A stretch of 37,616 bases of DNA, taken from a bacterium. GTDB lineage: Bacteria; Zhuqueibacterota; Zhuqueibacteria; Oceanimicrobiales; Oceanimicrobiaceae. Positions 29,387 through 37,616 of the stretch are shown piece by piece (within the stretch, counting starts at the first letter, position 1; the number at the start of each line of letters is the position of its first letter). The position numbers and the translations under genes were made by a program. The notes beneath the pieces were generated by a model. The model was not told where the DNA came from, searched no databases, and was given only the letters and a program-made list of their open reading frames with translations. The stretch is taken from contig JBHHXN010000032.1 in assembly GCA_046757025.1 (NCBI GenBank), forward strand, positions 1 to 37,616, written 5' to 3'.

Positions 29387-29505
29387 TGGGATTTCTGTGC
29401 CTGTTTGCTGGACTCGTGTTTCATGGCGGTTTTCAAAGCTAAAATAAAGCCGCCCCAAACGATGCTTAGCATCAATATCATCACGATAATTGCTGAAAAA
29501 GACAT
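29383..29505 (-). CDS. MetS-type small subunit of an NSS-family amino-acid transporter (40 aa)
   Basis: Manual translation MSFSAIIVMILMLSIVWGGFILALKTAMKHESSKQAQKSQ shows the AI..M.....vWGG pattern; directly downstream of the NSS transporter gene; purine-rich RBS. Confidence 0.85.
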   Translation of the reverse strand: MSFSAIIVMILMLSIVWGGFILALKTAMKHESSKQAQKSQ

Positions 29506-29610
29506 GGCTCTCTTCCCGATTTAATTTTCAATTTCCTATTTCTCTCTTTCAAATAATACAGCTACATTTATGAAATTTAATCTTAAAAATACTTTTAAAC
29601 AAGCCCAATT

Positions 29611-31065
29611 TTAACTATTTACCTGCACAGATTTTTTGTACAGTCGGTTGTTGAAAATCAGGAAAACGACAATCGTCACCCCCCACTGTAAAATGCAGGT
29701 GCCCAGACTTAAAGTCCGAAATGGATGCCACCACCCCTGGGGATCAAAGGTCGTAACCGCCTGCCAGAACCACCACGCCAGTAGCGCCACAAACTCGATG
29801 GGAATCAAAAACATCACGATCACGTTGAACCATTTTCCAGCTTTTAAATCACACCCCTCAGCATTGACTATGTTGGTTCGCAGTTTATCCACGCCATATT
29901 TGATGGCGGCAAAGGCAAAAAACATCCCGCTGACAATCAAACCCAGGCCCCAAACCCAGTCCTGATTGTCGAAAAATGCCATACTGAGAGCAGATGGCAA
30001 TCCCAGTAAAAATCCAAACACCGCCACGTAAAAAATCGCATGATGCCGTTTCATGCCGGCGTCCATGAAAATGCGAGTGGCTAATTCGATCATGGCGATG
30101 AGCGAAGACATGGCGGCAAAAGTCAGCGCTAAAAAAAACACCACCATAAAAGCTGAGCCCAGCGGCATCTGCTCGAAAAGTTTGGGAATCCAGATGAAAG
30201 TTAAGCCGGTGTTGCTGGCGCTCACTGCTTTCATGGCGTCTTTATAAGGTAACAGAGCAAATATAGTCGGTAAAATCACCATGGCCGCCAGCAAAGAAGC
30301 TGAATTGTTACCCAGACCAGAGATAAAGGAGTTTAGGACCACATCTTCTTGCTTTTTCATATAAACGGCGTAAGTCAAAATCAAGCCCCAGCCGGCGCCC
30401 GTGGACCAGGCCGATTGCGACAACGCGGCCAACCAGGTTTTGTAATCCAAAAGTGGTGCTAATTCGGGCTTGAAAAGATAATTTAAACCCGCTACCGCAC
30501 CTGGCAGGGTCAGCGCCCGCACAGCCGCAATGATGAGCAGAAAAAAGAGTGCCGGGATAAGAATTTTATTGGCTTTTTCAATTCCCTGCACCACACCTTT
30601 ATAAATGACGAACGCGCCAATCGCCATGCTGATGAGATGAAAAAACACTGGTTGCAATCCCCTGGTAAATTGGCTCCAATACATTTCTGATTGGAAAATA
30701 TCCGAATCCGCCAGCACTGCGGTCACAAAGTATTTTACACACCATCCCATCACAACCGAATAATAAAACATAATGGCCATGGTGCAAAATCCCACGAATG
30801 CGCCCATCCAGGTGAATTTTTTCCCTAAAAATTTGCCGAAAGCCCCCACGGTACCGTGGCGCGTTTCTTTGCCCATGGAAAACTCGATGATCAAAAGGGG
30901 GATGGACCAAAGGAAAAGAAAAATAATCCAGGGGATCAAAAAAGAGCCGCCGCCGTTTTGGGCAACAATGCGGGGAAATCGCCAAATATTTCCCGTTCCG
31001 ACGGCCATGCCCAGGGCTGCTAATATCAAAGCCCAGCGCGTGGAAAAATATTCAGTCTGACGCAT
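29611..31065 (-). CDS. Sodium-dependent transporter, neurotransmitter:sodium symporter (NSS/SNF) family
   Basis: GMAVGTGNIWRFP, NGGGSFLIPW, FYYSVVMGW, GIEKANKILIP; about 12 TM segments; GGGAGG RBS. Confidence 0.95.
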   Translation of the reverse strand: MRQTEYFSTRWALILAALGMAVGTGNIWRFPRIVAQNGGGSFLIPWIIFLFLWSIPLLIIEFSMGKETRHGTVGAFGKFLGKKFTWMGAFVGFCTMAIMFYYSVVMGWCVKYFVTAVLADSDIFQSEMYWSQFTRGLQPVFFHLISMAIGAFVIYKGVVQGIEKANKILIPALFFLLIIAAVRALTLPGAVAGLNYLFKPELAPLLDYKTWLAALSQSAWSTGAGWGLILTYAVYMKKQEDVVLNSFISGLGNNSASLLAAMVILPTIFALLPYKDAMKAVSASNTGLTFIWIPKLFEQMPLGSAFMVVFFLALTFAAMSSLIAMIELATRIFMDAGMKRHHAIFYVAVFGFLLGLPSALSMAFFDNQDWVWGLGLIVSGMFFAFAAIKYGVDKLRTNIVNAEGCDLKAGKWFNVIVMFLIPIEFVALLAWWFWQAVTTFDPQGWWHPFRTLSLGTCILQWGVTIVVFLIFNNRLYKKSVQVNS

Positions 31066-31147
31066 GTTCCTCCCTCTGACAGTTTCAGACGTGTATTAGT
31101 CTATTACCTCCAAAAACTTTGTTTTTTTAGCAAAGTTTGTAAATATA

Positions 31148-31275
31148 TCATGCAAAGCCGCCAAGCTCGCAAAGAAAAGAACAAATATATTTACAACCAT
31201 TGCCTCCTTGCGTGAGCTTTTATTTGCACCCAAAACCAGCGATTGGCTTTTGGGTTGCGGCTCTGCCGGGTTAGG
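31148..31275. repeat. Cluster of short palindromic elements
   Basis: TCATGCAAAG...CCTTGCGTGA (31148-31215), CCCAAAA..TTTTGGG hairpin (~31226-31258), and GGTTGCGGCTCTGCCGGGTTAGG. Confidence 0.5.
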
Positions 31276-31388
31276 GGATCATTTTGAATTTTAACAGGAA
31301 CCCTTTGAGACGATTCAGGAATGTTTCATCTAATATCACAAGGCGGCACTCAATCGTGGTGATCCGACAATTGGCATTTCAACTTGTG

Positions 31389-32213
31389 TTAAAAGTAAAT
31401 GGCTTTTATGGTAAAAGCTCCTGCTCCCACCGCAAAACAATAATAAGCAAACCGGCTGAATCGGCCTTTTTTCAATACACCCAACAGCCACTTGATGGCC
31501 ACCAGCCCCGACAAATATGCGCTGATGCTTCCCACAATCAACGTGGTAATTTGATCCATATTTGGAGGGGCTGCTAACAACTCAAAAAATTTTACTAGGG
31601 AGACTCCCAGGATCAGGGGAATGGCCAACAAAAACGAAAATCTGGCCGAATCCACCGGTTGAATTCCGAGAAACAATCCCGCACTGATGGTGGTACCTGA
31701 CCGGGAAATGCCCGGAAAAAATGCCACTACCTGTGCGAGGCCAATCATCAGCGCTTGTTTGACCCGCAAGGGTTGTTGTTTATCTTTGGCAAATATTGAA
31801 ATCGTTAAAATGATGCCCGTGATGATGAGCGCGCCGCATACAAAATCCGGGTAAGCAAACGTATTTTCGAATGTACCACGAAAGTAAAACCCGATTATTG
31901 CCCCCGGAATATTACCGATGATCAAAAGCCACAGGAGGGTCGAGCCATTGGCCGCATTGTGGGTTTCCTCAGAATGATGGTTTTTACTTCGAACCGCAAA
32001 CCAGGTATCTTTAAAAATTTTCACAATATCATTTTTGAAAACCGTCACGATGGCTAACAACGTCCCAAAGTGGACGAAAATTTCAAAAGCGATGCCATTT
32101 TCTTCTATACCCAAAAAATACTTGGCCAGAACGAGATGGCCGGAACTGCTGACGGGTAAAAATTCAGTCATTCCCTGAACAAATCCTAATAAAACCGCTT
32201 CCCAACCGTTCAA
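31389..32213 (-). CDS. uppP: Undecaprenyl-diphosphate phosphatase
   Basis: GFVQGMTEFLPVSSSGHL, HFGTLLA, PGISRSGTTI, ARFSFLLAIP; TTG start with AGGAGG RBS. Confidence 0.96.
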   Translation of the reverse strand: MNGWEAVLLGFVQGMTEFLPVSSSGHLVLAKYFLGIEENGIAFEIFVHFGTLLAIVTVFKNDIVKIFKDTWFAVRSKNHHSEETHNAANGSTLLWLLIIGNIPGAIIGFYFRGTFENTFAYPDFVCGALIITGIILTISIFAKDKQQPLRVKQALMIGLAQVVAFFPGISRSGTTISAGLFLGIQPVDSARFSFLLAIPLILGVSLVKFFELLAAPPNMDQITTLIVGSISAYLSGLVAIKWLLGVLKKGRFSRFAYYCFAVGAGAFTIKAIYF

Positions 32214-32348
32214 CTAATCCTCCTGCCATAAAATGAGTTCACCATGATCCGCTATCAAATTTTGGCAATCAATATAACTTATTTCAAATAATATTGCAAG
32301 GGAAAAAACGGACGAGAAGTAATACCTCAGTCTTAGCGGGGCAACCAT

Positions 32349-32375
32349 TCGTTCCCAAATAAAATTTGGAAACGA
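32349..32375. repeat. REP-like hairpin TCGTTCCCAAAT-AAA-ATTTGGAAACGA
   Basis: 12-bp inverted repeat with one mismatch. Confidence 0.6.
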
Positions 32376-32507
32376 GATCGATGGACTCCCCCCCTTAGTT
32401 AGGTTTTCCGACGAGAAAATGCAGATTGCACTCGCATTCAAAAGAAAATCAGGGTTATATAAAAAACCAAGAAATTCTTAATACTTGCTCAAAAACTCAT
32501 GAAAGAT

Positions 32508-32540
32508 AAAAAGGCCTGACCCGGCAGTCAGACCTTTTTT
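32508..32540. terminator. Bidirectional Rho-independent terminator downstream of the OMP gene
   Basis: AAAAAGGCCTGAC-CCGGCA-GTCAGACCTTTTTT. Confidence 0.8.
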
Positions 32541-32572
32541 ATGGAATCAAAAGTATAGCAGACAACGAACCA

Positions 32573-33064
32573 TCAATCGATGAGATAGGTGATGCCTCCT
32601 AATATTTTTATCTGATCACCTTCGGTGTTATAAATCAACTGGGCCGTGGCTATCAGATTGTCGCTTACCGGGAAATCAGCACCACCGAGTAAATTGAGAC
32701 CTAAACTTGTGTCGCTTCCAAGGCCTGCCGGCAAATCCACTCGCAGCAGTGCAAGGCCTCCCCCGCCAAAAAAATCGATATGGCTGCTTGAAGGAAAATA
32801 GTAGCGAACATTGCCGTTAAAACTTAGATAACTTACACTATGTTTACTGAAATAGTCTATGCTTGGCACCAATGCCAGATTTTCAATAATTTCACCTAGC
32901 TCCGCGTGTACGCCCAAAATAATGGTGCCGTTTGTCCGACTTGCATCCACAAATCCAAGTCGGCCGCCGACGCCAGTTAAGCCAATGCTTTGCGCTTCTG
33001 AATTGTTAAACGCAAACGCGAGTATGATGAGAGTACATGCGAATATGCTTGCTGCTTTTTTCAT
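32573..33064 (-). CDS. Small outer-membrane beta-barrel protein
   Basis: Signal peptide (..SEA/QS), alternating beta strands (GVGGRLG, NVRYYF, LGLNLLGGADF, GGITYL); AGGAGG RBS. Confidence 0.82.
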   Translation of the reverse strand: MKKAASIFACTLIILAFAFNNSEAQSIGLTGVGGRLGFVDASRTNGTIILGVHAELGEIIENLALVPSIDYFSKHSVSYLSFNGNVRYYFPSSSHIDFFGGGGLALLRVDLPAGLGSDTSLGLNLLGGADFPVSDNLIATAQLIYNTEGDQIKILGGITYLID

Positions 33065-33318
33065 AAATCCTCCTGTAATGATTAAAATAAATAATTAAAA
33101 CGGTTTTTCATGGGTAGATATAATGATCCCCTAAAGTTGTAAATGATCAAAGTAGTTTTTTATTAAAACAATATTCGACCCCAAACAGTGGTGTCAGAAA
33201 CATGGACAGGATTCGAATGGTTGTCCCCCTAATAGACACAAAAGGCGAAAATTAAAACTGTATATAATGAGTTAATCAGGATAAATTACTTAGTGTTTGA
33301 CCGAAAACTCGATTCTTA

Positions 33319-33352
33319 TGTCATTCCAGCGATCTTTTGTGCAGGAATGACA
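33319..33352. repeat. REP-like palindrome TGTCATTCC...GGAATGACA
   Basis: Perfect 9-bp inverted repeat with the same ends as 5840-5911. Confidence 0.7.
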
Positions 33353-33377
33353 ACATAGTGCTGTTTTCGGTCAAAGA

Positions 33378-33695
33378 CTACTTGGTCAGTTTTTGCACTT
33401 CTTTGGTTAGCTTGTCGATTTTTTGGTGCAATTTTTTGAATTCATCATCATACGTAGGCCGAATTTTTGAAAGCGCTTGCTCAACTTGTTTATTGACCAT
33501 CTGCTTCAAATGGGTCGCTTCTTCATCGGCGCGGTCGAGCATGTCTTTCACAAATTTGGCCCCTTCGTCTTTGGATAATTCCCCCCGTTTTACGAGATCG
33601 GCTGTAATCTCCTGAGCTTTTTCTCTGGTCAAAGCGTACATGCCGAGACCCGCCAGAAGCACTTTTTTTAGAATGCCATTATCTTCCATAGTCAT
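33378..33695 (-). CDS. Phasin-like (PHA granule-associated family) protein
   Basis: LKKVLLAGLGMYALTREKAQEITADLVKRGELSKDEG, plus a coiled-coil C-terminus. Confidence 0.8.
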   Translation of the reverse strand: MTMEDNGILKKVLLAGLGMYALTREKAQEITADLVKRGELSKDEGAKFVKDMLDRADEEATHLKQMVNKQVEQALSKIRPTYDDEFKKLHQKIDKLTKEVQKLTK

Positions 33696-35536
33696 TACCT
33701 CAATAATTGATGTTTAATTATTTTGCCCTGCAGAAACTGCAAAAAATTGACTTCTTTGTTCACGCGGTTGTTCGACTTGAAGGAAATCATGCCTTTGATG
33801 CCCTGGTAATTGGAAAGGCTGCTCAATTTCCGAGATATTTTACGACCCGTACTGGCGCCCTCCTCAACCATCTTGGCGATCAAATTAAAGGCATCGTAAC
33901 CGAACACCTCCCAGCGCTCGGGATTTCTTTTCATTTTGATACGGAACTCGTTGCGGAAAGTTATGAAGGCGCCGCTGCTTTCGTCGGGGAAATAGTCGCT
34001 CACAAAGATGGCACCGTTTATGTACGGTTCGATTTGTGCGGTCTTCAAAATTTCCAGATCGTCCCAGTACTCTCCGCCCAGAATTTGTGTGTTGATATTG
34101 CTAAACGCAAACTGCGGTGCCACAAATTTAATGTGGTCCGAATAGATGGGGAAAAACAGGCCGTCGATGGAGTTCACCGAAATATCCTCTTCGTCGAGTT
34201 TGTCGCCTCTTTCCTTGGCTTCGCGAATCAACAATTGCACGTTAGTGGAGTCAAACTGAAAGGCGGCATCGCGGATGGCTTTGAACTGCCGACTCAGATC
34301 TTGCGGCTCGCCGTAATACCAGCTCTGTGCAATAATACGGCCGCCGAGAGCGTCGATGGTCGCGGCAAAACTGTCTGTGAGCTGCTGGCCATACTCGTCC
34401 GCCGGCGCCAGGGTGGCAAAAGTGCGCAATCCCAATTCATTATAGGCATATTGGGCAATTGCTTCGCCTTTGCGTTCGAGATTGCTGTTCATTTGAAACA
34501 CGGTCTCTCCCACCGACGCCACGTCGTTCTCAGTGGCCGCTGGTCCGAGCACGGGAATCCCTTCGATGGCAGCCAGGGCACCGATACCGGCGGTTACCTC
34601 ACTTTCCAATTCGCCGATGATGGCGCGGACTTTTTCCTTTCTAATCAAATATTTAATGCCGTGAATGGCTTTGATCATGTTGCTTTCCGAATCCCGTATG
34701 GCCAGTTCAATGGCGAAGTTGGAACTATTCTGCGTCTGCATCAGTCCGAAACGGATACCGCGCAATATCCCCATACCTTCTTCCGCAAAATAACCGGTGA
34801 GCGGCAAAATAACGCCCACCTTCACAGGCCGGTTTTCGGCTCTTTTTGCATCCTTGAGCAATTTGTCAACACTGGCAGCGTAAATTTTTGAATTGTAATT
34901 TTTTTGATAGGCTTTTAAATAAGAAACCGCTTTTTCGGTTGAACCTTCCTGAATTTCTTTTTTGGATAGTTCGATGGTCACCAGACCGGCCGAATGTTCA
35001 CCGTTGGCCATTTGAATGGCAGCGCGTAAATCCGACAACGACATTTTATGACGCATGATCAGGCTGGCCAGATTCTTGCTTTTAGCCACCAGATTCGATG
35101 CGGAGCTCCAATCCGCCACCCACAATAAATCTTTTATGGCGTTGGAATAATCTGACAAACGATAATAGCAGGAAGCTCGGGCGAAATGGGCGTCGTCGAG
35201 GTAACTGCTGCGGGGGAAGAGTTCGATGAGTTTGTTGAAATAAGGAATGGCGTCCACATAGCGTTCAAGATGATAGAGACTCTTGCCGGTCATGAGCAAG
35301 GAAACGGTCATACGCTGGTGCAAATCGCGCGTGTTCGTAAGCGACTCGAAATTCACAAATGCCGCGCGATACTCTGCACGTTTATATTTTGCCAGAGCTT
35401 TTTGAAATTCGACATCTTTTTCGGGTACATTTTTCACCAAGCTCCAGTCCTGTGCAGAAGCCGCACTGGACAATCCAAAATAAAGTAAGAAGCAGCCTAA
35501 ACCAACCAAATGACAGATTTGATCTTTGTTCAACAT
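33695..35536 (-). CDS. TPR plus periplasmic-binding-protein-type protein (LpoA/LppC-like)
   Basis: Signal peptide, TPR-like helices, KVGVILPLTG, AIIGEL, GYDAFNLI, YQGIKGMISF. Start set to ATG 35536, which avoids overlap with glmS. Confidence 0.8.
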   Translation of the reverse strand: MLNKDQICHLVGLGCFLLYFGLSSAASAQDWSLVKNVPEKDVEFQKALAKYKRAEYRAAFVNFESLTNTRDLHQRMTVSLLMTGKSLYHLERYVDAIPYFNKLIELFPRSSYLDDAHFARASCYYRLSDYSNAIKDLLWVADWSSASNLVAKSKNLASLIMRHKMSLSDLRAAIQMANGEHSAGLVTIELSKKEIQEGSTEKAVSYLKAYQKNYNSKIYAASVDKLLKDAKRAENRPVKVGVILPLTGYFAEEGMGILRGIRFGLMQTQNSSNFAIELAIRDSESNMIKAIHGIKYLIRKEKVRAIIGELESEVTAGIGALAAIEGIPVLGPAATENDVASVGETVFQMNSNLERKGEAIAQYAYNELGLRTFATLAPADEYGQQLTDSFAATIDALGGRIIAQSWYYGEPQDLSRQFKAIRDAAFQFDSTNVQLLIREAKERGDKLDEEDISVNSIDGLFFPIYSDHIKFVAPQFAFSNINTQILGGEYWDDLEILKTAQIEPYINGAIFVSDYFPDESSGAFITFRNEFRIKMKRNPERWEVFGYDAFNLIAKMVEEGASTGRKISRKLSSLSNYQGIKGMISFKSNNRVNKEVNFLQFLQGKIIKHQLLR

Positions 35537-35549
35537 GGGCACTCTCTTT

Positions 35550-37382
35550 CTATTCAACCGTGACACTTTTTGCTAAATTTCGAGGCTGGTCCACATCACA
35601 GCCTCGGAGAATGGCGATATAATAAGCCAGCAGCTGCAGAGGAATGATGGTTAATATGGGAGTTAAAAACTCCAGCGTCGGCGGCACGTAAATCACGTGG
35701 TCTGCGCGTTTTTTGATCTCTTCATCGCCTTCGGTGGCGATGGCGATGATCTTGCCTCTTCGGGCTTTTACTTCCTCTATGTTACTGGTGATTTTTTCGT
35801 AAGTAGAATCTTTGGTAGCAATAAACACCACCGGCATATTTTCATCGATGAGCGCGATGGGGCCGTGTTTCATCTCTGCCGCGGGATATCCTTCGGCGTG
35901 GATGTACGAAATTTCCTTCAATTTCAACGCGCCTTCCAGCGCAACGGGAAAATTGTAACCACGTCCCAGGTACAAAAAGTTTTGTGATTTGTGATGGGCT
36001 TGAGCGATGAATTTTATGGTTTCGTGGTTAGCCAAAATTTGAGCCACTTTTTGCGGAATAGCCTGCAATTCCTTGACCATTTCCGCCCCTTTGGAAGCGC
36101 CGATATTTCGCATTCTCGACAACAGCAAAGTCAAAAGCGCTAACACTGTCACCTGCGAAGTGAAGGCTTTGGTGGAAGCCACGCCGATTTCCGGACCAGC
36201 GTGCAAATACACGCCCGCGTCGCTCTCCCGGGCAATGGTAGAACCCACCACGTTGCAAATTCCCAGCACTTTGGCGCCTTTGCGCTTGGCTTCTTTTAAC
36301 GCTGCCAGGGTGTCGGCGGTTTCGCCGGATTGGCTTATCACAAACATCACTGAGCCGCGATCGATAACTGGATCGCGGTAGCGAAATTCCGAAGCGTATT
36401 CCACCTCCACGGCCGTGCGCACAAATTCTTCGATCATGTACTCGCCGATCAACGCGGCGTGCCAGCTCGTGCCGCAGGCGGAAATGAGAATCTGCGGCGC
36501 GTAGATCAGCGAATCCACCTCATGCCGAATGCCGCCCAGCCGGGCCGTGCCCTCTTCCGAAAGCAGGCGTCCGCGCATGGCGTCTTCAATGGTTTGCGGC
36601 TGTTCCATGATTTCCTTGAGCATGAAATGGTCGTATCCACTCTTTTCGATTTTATCGAGATCAAAGGCGATTTTCTCTACTTTTCGATTGACTTCGAGAT
36701 TGTCGATGGTTTTAATGGTGACTTTTTCGCGATGGATGATGGCCATCTCATTGTCTTCTAAATAGGTCACGTCTTTGGTATGACTGATGATGGCGGAAAC
36801 GTCCGACGCTACCACATATTCATTGTCGCCCATGCCCACTACCAACGGGCTGCCCTTGCGCGCCGCGATAAGCGTATCGGGGTCGCTACGGGAAAGCACC
36901 ACAATGCCATACGTGCCCTGCACCTGGCTGAGCGCCGCACGCACTGCCTGCTCAAAGGAATTGCCGTTGGTGTAATATTCTTCGATGAGATGCACCAGGG
37001 CTTCGGTGTCGGTTTCGGTTTTGAATTGGTGGCCGTTGGCTTCCAGATTGGTTTTGATGGCTGAATAATTTTCAATGATGCCGTTGTGAATCAAAGCCAA
37101 CCGACCGCTGCAGTCGGCATGCGGGTGAGCATTTATCTGGTTGGGTTCTCCGTGCGTGGCCCAGCGGGTATGAGCAATGCCCACCGCCCCTTGCATGGGT
37201 TGTTTTGAAATCAGCGCTTCCAACTTGGCAATCTTACCAGGCTGCTTTTCAATGGTAATTTCGTCATCAGTCAAAACCGCAATTCCAGCGGAATCGTAAC
37301 CTCGATATTCCAATCGCTTTAAACCTTCGATCAAAATGGAAGTGACCTCTTTATCACCAATATAACCAACAATACCGCACAT
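35550..37382 (-). CDS. glmS: Glutamine--fructose-6-phosphate transaminase (isomerizing)
   Basis: MCGIVG, LEYRGYDSAG, HTRWATHG, SQSGETADT, VASTKAF, PRNLAKSVTVE. Confidence 0.99.
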   Translation of the reverse strand: MCGIVGYIGDKEVTSILIEGLKRLEYRGYDSAGIAVLTDDEITIEKQPGKIAKLEALISKQPMQGAVGIAHTRWATHGEPNQINAHPHADCSGRLALIHNGIIENYSAIKTNLEANGHQFKTETDTEALVHLIEEYYTNGNSFEQAVRAALSQVQGTYGIVVLSRSDPDTLIAARKGSPLVVGMGDNEYVVASDVSAIISHTKDVTYLEDNEMAIIHREKVTIKTIDNLEVNRKVEKIAFDLDKIEKSGYDHFMLKEIMEQPQTIEDAMRGRLLSEEGTARLGGIRHEVDSLIYAPQILISACGTSWHAALIGEYMIEEFVRTAVEVEYASEFRYRDPVIDRGSVMFVISQSGETADTLAALKEAKRKGAKVLGICNVVGSTIARESDAGVYLHAGPEIGVASTKAFTSQVTVLALLTLLLSRMRNIGASKGAEMVKELQAIPQKVAQILANHETIKFIAQAHHKSQNFLYLGRGYNFPVALEGALKLKEISYIHAEGYPAAEMKHGPIALIDENMPVVFIATKDSTYEKITSNIEEVKARRGKIIAIATEGDEEIKKRADHVIYVPPTLEFLTPILTIIPLQLLAYYIAILRGCDVDQPRNLAKSVTVE

Positions 37383-37616
37383 AATATCTCTCCTTAGATG
37401 TCGTTCCAGAGTGCTGTAAATTCAATTGAATGCATGTAAATTTGGCCATTTGATCATGCTGTTTAGGCCATGGAGTAGTCCACCCAAATCATTGTCAGTG
37501 GCGCATATCGTCAATGGCATTGAATCACAATTTGGCTGTTTCGCCTGAATAACTCTCCTTACTAACATTTCTCACTTTAAGTTATGCAACTATGTTCATA
37601 TTAAATAATTAGATAC

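Noticed and set aside
29387..29458. holA N-terminal extension from TTG 29458
   Set aside because: This stretch is occupied by the MetS-type ORF in another frame.
32214..32441. 75-aa ORF upstream of uppP
   Set aside because: Runs through a REP-like hairpin and the uppP RBS, with no recognisable motif.
33707..34891. 394-aa plus-strand ORF
   Set aside because: Antisense shadow of the LpoA-like gene with no recognisable domain.
37383..37616. glmS ribozyme upstream of glmS
   Set aside because: The conserved core (AGCGCC...GACGAGG) is not present; only a partial GCGCC and a duplicated TAAGGAGAG-(A/T)-TATT motif of unclear meaning were seen.

Overview
Bacterial chromosomal window, probably from a diderm (inferred from an outer-membrane beta-barrel gene and an LpoA-like gene). 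It has two parts. (1) About 1-16.3 kb, minus strand: an extracellular contractile injection system (eCIS, Afp/PVC-like) operon that is cut off at the left window edge. Gene order is sigma54 activator with no sensor domain, small 92-aa protein, sheath, tube, gp26-like protein, low-complexity protein, Afp16/DUF4255 cap with three extra Ig-like repeats, AAA+ ATPase, small protein, Afp7-like protein, LysM, hub, gpV spike, PAAR-like, gp25 and baseplate. No capsid, terminase or integrase is visible. A correctly spaced sigma54 -24/-12 promoter and candidate enhancer sites precede the operon. A second, weaker sigma54-like promoter precedes the activator gene, suggesting a two-tier cascade. (2) About 16.5-37.6 kb: mostly housekeeping genes (M28 peptidase, LOG, family-5 UDG, GT2, CPBP, RDD, DUF2752, efp, SGNH, holA, NSS transporter, uppP, OMP, phasin-like, LpoA-like, glmS). 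This part also contains an ECF sigma / zinc anti-sigma / HtrA-like operon whose HtrA has lost all three catalytic residues, an unlisted MetS-type small protein, a stand-alone ~290-nt transcription unit, and several kinds of short palindromic and heptamer repeats. All family calls come from motif recognition by eye; no database searches were run.
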